DNA of 64,000 nucleotides from Alphaproteobacteria bacterium (GTDB lineage Bacteria; Pseudomonadota; Alphaproteobacteria; UBA6615): NCBI GenBank assembly GCA_965205535.1, contig CBDBHH010000005.1, positions 2,140,672 to 2,204,671 of the forward strand, read 5' to 3'. Shown piece by piece: positions 8,980 to 16,343 of this stretch (position 1 is its first letter; each line of letters starts with the position of its first letter). The notes under the pieces were generated by a model. It saw only the letters and a program-made list of their open reading frames with translations, ran no database searches and was not told where the DNA came from. The position numbers and the translations under genes were made by a program.

Positions 8980-11900
8980 ATGCATGAGAGTTTCTTCGAA
9001 CAACCGATCCTCAATTCTCCCTATAGCGAGCCCTCACGCCATCATGATCTGGATGAAGACGGACAACCAACCGATCAACCCCCCAATGTTGGCCGGCGGC
9101 CATTCTCACGTCTGTCACCAGTACCAAAGCCAAAGAAACGGCGGTCAAAGAATACCAATGATGGCCAGCAGGATTTAGCACTCTACGCTGACGATGGAAT
9201 TTCCACAGTCGAGCAAGAGTACAATCAGACGCAGGTCATTAATAACATTCGAGATCACCTGAAACTCTGGCGTGCCATGACCAATCCTCAGGATTGGGGC
9301 GTGACGCCGGCAACTGCGCGGTTGCTCTCCCACTGGCGCACGCACGAGTTTCAGGGGATCAGGCCGTTCTTCTGCCAAATAGAGGCCGTCGAGACGATTA
9401 TCTGGCTGACCGAAGTCGCGAAACGTCAGCAAGTACACCGAAGCTTCTGGCGCCATATTGAAAATGCAAACGCGGGGGCAAACCCCGAACTCATTCGACT
9501 TGCGATGAAAATGGCGACAGGCGCGGGTAAGACAACCGTCATGGCCATGCTGATTGCGTGGCAATCTGTGAATGCGGTTCGGTCGCCAAACAGCAAGCTA
9601 TTTACCCGGGGCTTCCTTGTCGTCACGCCGGGCATCACAATCAAAGACCGATTGCGCGTCCTGCAACCCAGTGACCCTAACAGCTACTACGAAAGCCGAG
9701 AACTTGTTCCAGCGGATATGCTGCAAGACTTGGGCAAGGCCAAGATTGTCATCACGAACTACCACGCGTTCCAGCTTCGCGAAAAGCTGGAAGCAAACAA
9801 GGTGACCCGATCAGTGCTGCAGGGACGGCATGAGCCGATCCAGAGCAAAGAGACTGAAGGGGAGATGGTGCGTCGGGTAGCTGACGAATTGATGGGCATG
9901 AAAAACATCGTCGTCATCAATGACGAAGCGCATCATTGCTATCGCGAGAAACCAGACGCTGAGGATGAGAAGCTAACAGGCGACGAAAAGAAGGAAGCTG
10001 AAGAGAACAACAAAGCCGCTCGTCTCTGGATAAACGGCATCGAGGCATTCAAACGGAAGCTTGGTGTCGGTGCCGTCTATGATCTATCGGCAACACCTTT
10101 CTTCCTGGCTGGCTCCGGCTGGGCTGAAGGAACGCTATTCCCTTGGACTGTAAGTGACTTTTCGCTCATGGATGCGATCGAATGTGGGATCGTGAAGCTT
10201 CCGCGCATCCCGGTGGATGACAACATCCCCGGTGAAGATATGCCTATCTTCCGGAATTTGTGGGACCACATCGGCAAGAAAATGCCTAAGAAAGGAGGCC
10301 TGACTGTCAACCCACGAACGGCGCTCCCTGACCAGCTTCAAACAGCGCTTCAGTCTCTCTATGGACACTATGAAAAGGTCAACGCCGAGTGGGACCGAGA
10401 GGGTATTGAAATTCCGCCGGTCTTCATCGTGGTTTGCAATAACACCACAACATCCAAGCTTGTTTACGAATGGATTTCTGGCTGGCAACGTCCGAACGAA
10501 GACGACGAGCCAGTGACCGAACACCGTGGTCATCTTTCGTTGTTCAGCAACTTCGACCAGTACGACGAACCTTTGGCTAAACCGAACACGTTGCTGATCG
10601 ACAGCCAACAGATAGAGAGCGGTGAGCTCGACAAGAACTTCCGCGAAATGGCTGCAGCGGAGATTGAGACGTTCAAGCGTGAGCGCAAGCAACGCGGCGA
10701 GTATGGCGATATTGCCGATGCTGAACTGCTCCGCGAGGTCATGAACACGGTCGGTAAGAAGGACCGGCTGGGAGAGAAAATTCGCTGTGTCGTCTCGGTC
10801 TCGATGCTGACGGAAGGTTGGGATACGAATACAGTCACGCACATCCTGGGTGTTCGCGCTTTTGGAACGCAGCTTCTCTGCGAGCAGGTTGTTGGCCGGG
10901 GGTTGCGTCGGCTTAGTTATGACCCGGTCAATCCATCTGATCCGCCCGATCAATGGATGTTCGCGAGCGAATACGCGGACATTCTGGGCATTCCTTTCAA
11001 TTTCACAGCCAAGCCCGTTGTCGCGCCCCCAACGGCCCCAAAGAAAACAACCCACATCAAGGCGCTGAAGGAACGCGAAGCGCTTGAGATCAGATTTCCA
11101 CGCGTGATTGGCTACCGTGTCGATCTTCCGGAAGAGCGGCTGTCCGCAGAGTTCACGGAGACGTCGTCCTACGTGATCGACCATGAAAAGGTCGGCGCGA
11201 GCCAAACTGACATGTCGGGGATCGTCGGCGAGGGCCATACGCTCTCCCTAAAGGACGCACAAAATCTCCGTCCAAGTACGATTGCGATGAACCTCGCAAA
11301 GGATGTGCTGAACCGACATTTCGTCGATGAGGATGGCGAGCCGAAATATCATCTGTTTGGCCAGATCAAAGGCATCTGTCGTCGGTGGATAGACGAAGGG
11401 TATCTGAAATGCCCCGGCGACACAGAACCATGGATGCTGAGTTTCTATCCCGAGATAGCATCGCAGGCCTGCGAGAAGATCGTCACCGCCATCGTCCGTG
11501 CTCGAGGAGATGAGCAGAAGGTCAAAGCCGTTATCGACCCTTACAATCCTGAAGGATCCTCCAGGCACGTCAGTTTCACGACGACGAAAGATGTGCGTGA
11601 GACTGACTCGCGCCGTTGTCATGTGAACTACGTGGTAAGCGACAGTGATTGGGAAGCAGAGTTCGCACGCTGTGCTGAAAACGATGACCGCGTGGTGTCC
11701 TATATCAAAAATCAGGGACTTGGCTTCACTGTCCCTTACAGGGACGGTGACCTGCCCCGTGAGTATGTTCCCGACTTCATCGTTCGCGTTGATGACGGGC
11801 GCGGGCCGGACGATCCATTAAACATCATTATTGAGATCAAGGGTTTCAAGAACGAGCAAGTGAAGCTGAAAAAGGAGACGATGACCGACAAATGGGTGCC

Positions 11901-12093
11901 AGGTGTGAATGAGCTTGGTGCTTACGGACGATGGGCTTTTGATCAGTTCGAGAGTGTGTATGAAATCGAACGCGAGTTTCGCGAGCTGATTGATCGTGCC
12001 TCTAGCAATTCTGCGGCGATGTACCTTGCCTCTCGCGGGGGACAGGAACCGGAGCTGGAAGCGCCCAGGCGACGGAGGCCAGCATCTAGATGA
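8980..12093 (+). CDS. res: Type III-like restriction enzyme Res subunit (SF2 DEAH helicase plus C-terminal PD-(D/E)xK nuclease)
   Basis: 1037 aa. Conserved N-terminus FFEQPILNSPYSEPSRHHDLDEDGQPT. Walker A MATGAGKTTVMA, DEAH box VINDEAHHCY, helicase motif VSMLTEGWDTNTVTHILG, and nuclease-like motif YVPDFIV...IIIEIKG near the C-terminus. Confidence 0.9.
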   Translation: MHESFFEQPILNSPYSEPSRHHDLDEDGQPTDQPPNVGRRPFSRLSPVPKPKKRRSKNTNDGQQDLALYADDGISTVEQEYNQTQVINNIRDHLKLWRAMTNPQDWGVTPATARLLSHWRTHEFQGIRPFFCQIEAVETIIWLTEVAKRQQVHRSFWRHIENANAGANPELIRLAMKMATGAGKTTVMAMLIAWQSVNAVRSPNSKLFTRGFLVVTPGITIKDRLRVLQPSDPNSYYESRELVPADMLQDLGKAKIVITNYHAFQLREKLEANKVTRSVLQGRHEPIQSKETEGEMVRRVADELMGMKNIVVINDEAHHCYREKPDAEDEKLTGDEKKEAEENNKAARLWINGIEAFKRKLGVGAVYDLSATPFFLAGSGWAEGTLFPWTVSDFSLMDAIECGIVKLPRIPVDDNIPGEDMPIFRNLWDHIGKKMPKKGGLTVNPRTALPDQLQTALQSLYGHYEKVNAEWDREGIEIPPVFIVVCNNTTTSKLVYEWISGWQRPNEDDEPVTEHRGHLSLFSNFDQYDEPLAKPNTLLIDSQQIESGELDKNFREMAAAEIETFKRERKQRGEYGDIADAELLREVMNTVGKKDRLGEKIRCVVSVSMLTEGWDTNTVTHILGVRAFGTQLLCEQVVGRGLRRLSYDPVNPSDPPDQWMFASEYADILGIPFNFTAKPVVAPPTAPKKTTHIKALKEREALEIRFPRVIGYRVDLPEERLSAEFTETSSYVIDHEKVGASQTDMSGIVGEGHTLSLKDAQNLRPSTIAMNLAKDVLNRHFVDEDGEPKYHLFGQIKGICRRWIDEGYLKCPGDTEPWMLSFYPEIASQACEKIVTAIVRARGDEQKVKAVIDPYNPEGSSRHVSFTTTKDVRETDSRRCHVNYVVSDSDWEAEFARCAENDDRVVSYIKNQGLGFTVPYRDGDLPREYVPDFIVRVDDGRGPDDPLNIIIEIKGFKNEQVKLKKETMTDKWVPGVNELGAYGRWAFDQFESVYEIEREFRELIDRASSNSAAMYLASRGGQEPELEAPRRRRPASR

Positions 12094-12464
12094 AAGTGCT
12101 GGTTGATACTTCGATATGGGTTGATCACCTGAACAATGATGACCCCAACCTCCGAACGCTTCTCAAGAACGGGAGTGTGGTTACACATGAGATGATCGTC
12201 GGTGAAATAGCCTGCGGAAGCCTGAAACAACGATCTAAGACCTTGGTTTCGATGGATGCGATTTCGGCCGTTCCGATAATGAGCTCCGAGCACGTCCGAC
12301 AATTTGTCGAAGACCATAACTTATTCTCAAAAGGAATTGGCTGGGTCGATCTTCATTTATTGAGTGCGGCTGTTGAGGCTGGCGTTTTGGTTTGGACCAA
12401 AGATGCAAAGCTTGCTGATGCCGCGAAGCTTGTGGGTTGCCACTTCGAACTTGTGGCCAATTAG
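12090..12464 (+). CDS. VapC-like PIN-domain ribonuclease (type II toxin-like), no adjacent antitoxin ORF
   Basis: 124 aa. MKVLVDTSIWVDHL with acidic quartet D6, E39 (VGEIA), D87 (WVDLHLL) and D105 (WTKD). The ATG overlaps the res stop (ATGA at 12090-12093). Confidence 0.85.
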   Translation: MKVLVDTSIWVDHLNNDDPNLRTLLKNGSVVTHEMIVGEIACGSLKQRSKTLVSMDAISAVPIMSSEHVRQFVEDHNLFSKGIGWVDLHLLSAAVEAGVLVWTKDAKLADAAKLVGCHFELVAN

Positions 12465-12475
12465 AGGTAGTTGAG

Positions 12476-15415
12476 ATGGCGAAACGAGGGAAGAAAAGAG
12501 GGCCCAAACAGGTTGAGACGCTGACCCACGATGCAGCGAGCCGAAAGAACATACCGACGGCAGAGCTGCAATCGACGGCGGAGCGAATGGAAGAAGCCAA
12601 TCCGTTCGAGCCTGTTGTGTATCAACGAACCAATCCACTTGCGGAAGGTGAAACCAGAGATCGTGACGGCGACCTAGACCCCCAACTCATATGGCAAGGG
12701 ACTGAACTACAGCTGACGAAAGATCAAATCGAGATACTTAAGCAAGGCGGAAAAGTCGAACTCGGTGATGCGCAATTAGTATGGCGTGGAAAAGACCAGC
12801 AGGACTGGTCAGACCTCGTTGTTCATGCGCCGCCCATCTACGTCCAAGAAAAAGTTCATCCCAAGGTTCTCATCGAAGAACTGAGACGCCAAACAAAGGA
12901 GCGCCGGGACGCGGAGAGCGACGCGCATGACATGTTCGACTTGTTAGGGGATTTCAACGGCATCGATCCCGAAGCAAAGACCGAATTCTACCAGCATGAT
13001 CAGAACTGGCAAAACCGAATGATCTTGGGGGATGGTCTCCAAGTTATGGCAAGCTTAGCCGAACGGGAAAACCTCAGGGGCAAAGTCCGCTGCATCTATT
13101 TTGATCCGCCCTACGGCATCAAGTTCAATTCGAATTGGCAGGTCTCGACCCGCAACCGGGACGTCGATGACGGGAAAATGGATCAAGTCACGCGCGAGCC
13201 AGAACAGGTAAAGGCCTTCCGGGATACCTGGAAGGATGAGGTCCATAGCTATTTGACCTACCTCAGGGACCGTCTGACGACGATGAGAGATTTGCTGACT
13301 GAGGATGGGTCAATATTCGTTCAAATTGGCGATGAAAATGTTCATCGTGTACGCGCGTTACTAGATGAGGTTTTTGGCGAGAAAAACTTTCTCAGTCTGA
13401 TATCGATCCAAACAACGTCTGGTTTCCAAGCAGAGTTTTTGGGGAATATGTCGGACTTCGTAATTTGGTATGCCAGAAGAAAAGAGAGCTGCCGGACGCA
13501 TACCCCTTTTTATCGAAAAACATTCGAACTCGGACAGGGTAATGCACGCTGGTTAATGTTTGACGATTTCACCTACCGAGGAGTGACTGCGGCAGAAAAA
13601 CGAGGTGAAGTTTCAATTCCTCCGAACTCAACCCCGTACAAACCAGACACCCTGATTTCTCAAGGCCGAGCAAAAGAAAAACAGCCGTTCAAGTTCCAAG
13701 GCAAAACCTATGAGACTTGGCACAAGAACTCACATTGGAAAGCCAATTATCCGGCTGGGATGGAACGGCTTGCGAAAGCTGGAAGAATTCACGTCGCCGA
13801 AAATTCAATTCAATACGTGAGATACCACACCGACTTTGATGTCGCCGTGCATGGAAACATCTGGTCCGATACTGGGACCGGAAACTTTACTGATAACAAA
13901 ATTTATGTTGTCCAAACCAATACCAAGGTTGTGGAGAGATGCATACAAATGGCTACGGACCCGGGTGATATCGTTTTAGATCCCACCTGCGGCTCCGGTA
14001 CAACGGCGGTAGTTGCGGAGCAATGGGGACGCAGATGGATCACAATTGATACATCTCGCGTTGCGTTGGCACTGGCTAGATCGCGGATAATGAGTGCGAG
14101 GTATCCATATTATTACCTCGCTGATAGCCCTGAAGGATTGGAGAAAGAAACCGATATTACCGGCTTGCCGCAGCCAGAAACGAAGACGCAATGCGATATT
14201 CGGCAAGGCTTCGTGTATGAGCGAGAACCACATATCATGCTCAAAACGATCGCCAACGATGCCGGGATTGATGTGATTTGGGAACACTGGCAGGAGACAC
14301 TTGAACCCCTTCGGGCTGAGCTCAATGAGGCGCTTGGCGCGTCTTGGGAAGAATGGGATGTCCCAGGAGAAGCCAGCGATGATTGGTCCGAGAATGTTAA
14401 AAATATTCATGCCGCTTGGTGGAATGGGCGCCGCCAACGACAACAGGAAATTGACAGATCTATCGCTCATAAGGCCGACGTGGAGATGTTGTACGACCGT
14501 CCCTTAGAGGATAATTCGAAGGTGCGTGTCGCTGGACCATTCACCGTAGAAAGTTTGTCCCCTCATCGAGTTATTCCCGCCGACCAGAGTGAACTTATCC
14601 GTGACCCCGAAGGAACCGAAGGGCAACTGCGTCGAAAGGAAACTTCGGCACAAGATTTTGCGACGATGGTGCTTGAAAACATGAAGTCCGCAGGTGTTCA
14701 TCAGTCGGACAAGCAAGATCGTATCGAGTTTACAGCGGTGGAAGGTTGGCCGGGAGACTACATCGCGGCAAATGGCAGTTATGAACAAGACGGTGCGCCG
14801 AAGAAGGCCGCGATTTTCATCGGCCCTGAGTTTGGTTCAATCACTCGATCCGACATTATGGCGGCGGCGCGCGAAGCCAACGAGGCTCGTTTCGATTTGC
14901 TAATCGCTTGCGGCTTCAACTTTGATGCTCATTCATCAGAGATAACGAAGCTAGGTCCTCTGCCGATCCTCAAGGCCAAGATGAACCCCGACCTGCATAT
15001 GGCAGATGATCTCAAGAATACGGGGGCCGGCAATCTGTTCGTGGTTTTTGGCGAACCGGATATCGAATGGGGTTTCGATGACGACGGCAACATCACGGTC
15101 GAAGTTTTAGGCATTGATGTCTTTGACCCCAAGACCGGGGAAGTGCGCGCGTCCGGCAAGGATGACATCGCGGCGTGGTTTATCGATACGGACTACAACG
15201 AAGAGAGCTTCTTCGTCCGCCATGCCTACTTCATGGGTGCGAACGATCCCTATAAGTCTCTCAAGACCAGCCTGAAGGCTGAGATCGATGAGGAAGCCTG
15301 GGCGACACTTTACCGCGACACATCACGTCCCTTTGAACGTCCCTCCACGGGCCGCTTTGCAGTCAAAGTCATCAATCACTTTGGTGACGAAGTGATGAAG
15401 GTTTTCGGGGTTTAG
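12476..15415 (+). CDS. mod: Site-specific DNA methyltransferase, beta-class N6A/N4C (type III Mod-like), unusually large
   Basis: Track ORF starts at TTG 12437. ATG 12476 (MAKRGKKRGPKQVETLTHDAASRKNIPTAE) follows GAGGTAG. Motif IV IYFDPPYG precedes motif I VLDPTCGSGTTAVVA (beta permutation). About 430 aa of extra C-terminal sequence. Confidence 0.9.
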   Translation: MAKRGKKRGPKQVETLTHDAASRKNIPTAELQSTAERMEEANPFEPVVYQRTNPLAEGETRDRDGDLDPQLIWQGTELQLTKDQIEILKQGGKVELGDAQLVWRGKDQQDWSDLVVHAPPIYVQEKVHPKVLIEELRRQTKERRDAESDAHDMFDLLGDFNGIDPEAKTEFYQHDQNWQNRMILGDGLQVMASLAERENLRGKVRCIYFDPPYGIKFNSNWQVSTRNRDVDDGKMDQVTREPEQVKAFRDTWKDEVHSYLTYLRDRLTTMRDLLTEDGSIFVQIGDENVHRVRALLDEVFGEKNFLSLISIQTTSGFQAEFLGNMSDFVIWYARRKESCRTHTPFYRKTFELGQGNARWLMFDDFTYRGVTAAEKRGEVSIPPNSTPYKPDTLISQGRAKEKQPFKFQGKTYETWHKNSHWKANYPAGMERLAKAGRIHVAENSIQYVRYHTDFDVAVHGNIWSDTGTGNFTDNKIYVVQTNTKVVERCIQMATDPGDIVLDPTCGSGTTAVVAEQWGRRWITIDTSRVALALARSRIMSARYPYYYLADSPEGLEKETDITGLPQPETKTQCDIRQGFVYEREPHIMLKTIANDAGIDVIWEHWQETLEPLRAELNEALGASWEEWDVPGEASDDWSENVKNIHAAWWNGRRQRQQEIDRSIAHKADVEMLYDRPLEDNSKVRVAGPFTVESLSPHRVIPADQSELIRDPEGTEGQLRRKETSAQDFATMVLENMKSAGVHQSDKQDRIEFTAVEGWPGDYIAANGSYEQDGAPKKAAIFIGPEFGSITRSDIMAAAREANEARFDLLIACGFNFDAHSSEITKLGPLPILKAKMNPDLHMADDLKNTGAGNLFVVFGEPDIEWGFDDDGNITVEVLGIDVFDPKTGEVRASGKDDIAAWFIDTDYNEESFFVRHAYFMGANDPYKSLKTSLKAEIDEEAWATLYRDTSRPFERPSTGRFAVKVINHFGDEVMKVFGV

Positions 15416-15426
15416 GACATCTAGAA

Positions 15427-16338
15427 ATGTTCAATTTGTTGATAAGCGGTAACGAGGACGCATTCGATGGTAAACCCTGGACCCTAGAGCGGCCGCGTGT
15501 TTTTGAGCACACAAGCGATGCAATCAAACAACGCTATCAAGACTTAGATAATCAACAGTTATCTGAGCTCTACAATTTCCCGACGCTATTCGCATTCGAG
15601 AGCGGTATCGGAAAGAACGCTAGATTAGGAAGGATTGAGCGCGCCCTAATGAGGCAGGGCGAAGTCCGGATCGAGTATTCTTTTGTCGATGGTTTACCAG
15701 AGATTACCTCCGAACAGTTCCAGGCACTGAGATGGGAACTAGAAGTTTCAGACGGGGAATATAACCGTACTCATTGGGCTGTTAAGGACGTGGATTTGGC
15801 AGCAGAGCTGATCTCTGCCGGTTTGATTAATCAGGATCAGTTAGACGATTTAGCTGAAGATTGGCGTTTGTTGTTCAGTGCTGAACCAGCCGCGCCGCCC
15901 ATGCATATTCAGCCAACTGTCTTCAAAATGCCGACGGGAACCGTTGAGCCCGATTTGGTCTCGATGATGCTACCTCTCAGTGCGGACTTTGGCCCAGTGT
16001 TCGATACCGTCAGTCGTGCCGGATTAGATTTGGGACTAAGGGTGTTGAATGCGAACCAAGTTTGGGAAGAAACGGAAATCATCCAGGATATATTTTCTTT
16101 GATATTTCGTTCCAAGTTTGTCGTCTGTGACTTTAGCGGAAGGAACCCAAATGTTTTTTATGAGGCCGGAATTGCTCACACGCTCGGACGTACAGTAATC
16201 CCGATTGTTCAGAACATCGACGATATCCCATTTGACCTTCGACATCATCGACACGTTGTTTACTTGAACAATGAGGAGGGCAGGCGGGCTCTTCTTGAGG
16301 CTCTAGTGCCGAGAATGACGGCGTTGGCTGAAAAGTGA
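15427..16338 (+). CDS. Uncharacterised two-domain protein: unknown N-terminal domain plus C-terminal TIR-like / nucleoside 2-deoxyribosyltransferase-like Rossmannoid domain
   Basis: 303 aa, starting 11 nt after the mod stop. C-terminal pattern LVSMMLPLSADFGPVFD...KFVVCDFSGRNPNVFYEAGIAHTLGRTVIPIV...IPFDL...VVY, with candidate catalytic Glu246 (GAG 16162-16164). N-terminal domain ends ...NRTHWAVKDVDL. Confidence 0.6.
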   Translation: MFNLLISGNEDAFDGKPWTLERPRVFEHTSDAIKQRYQDLDNQQLSELYNFPTLFAFESGIGKNARLGRIERALMRQGEVRIEYSFVDGLPEITSEQFQALRWELEVSDGEYNRTHWAVKDVDLAAELISAGLINQDQLDDLAEDWRLLFSAEPAAPPMHIQPTVFKMPTGTVEPDLVSMMLPLSADFGPVFDTVSRAGLDLGLRVLNANQVWEETEIIQDIFSLIFRSKFVVCDFSGRNPNVFYEAGIAHTLGRTVIPIVQNIDDIPFDLRHHRHVVYLNNEEGRRALLEALVPRMTALAEK

Positions 16339-16343
16339 GCTAG

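Noticed and set aside
8963-9178. 71-aa ORF overlapping the res start in another frame.
   Set aside because: It is completely embedded in the 5' end of res, whose N-terminus (FFEQPILNSPYSEPSRHHDLDEDGQPT) is a conserved family signature. It has no independent support.
10135-11238. 367-aa antisense ORF inside the res gene, notable because this region is only about 50% GC.
   Set aside because: Its codons are exactly complementary to the res codons (10135-8980 is divisible by 3). Stops can therefore arise only from sense TTA/CTA/TCA codons, which res simply avoids. The product has no recognisable features.
12476-15415. Looked for simple-sequence repeats in mod (tetranucleotide or homopolymer tracts that drive phase variation in many type III mod genes).
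   Set aside because: I saw no tract longer than a few units within mod or res. The only notable homopolymer (A8 at 18472-18479) is non-coding, downstream of the helicase.
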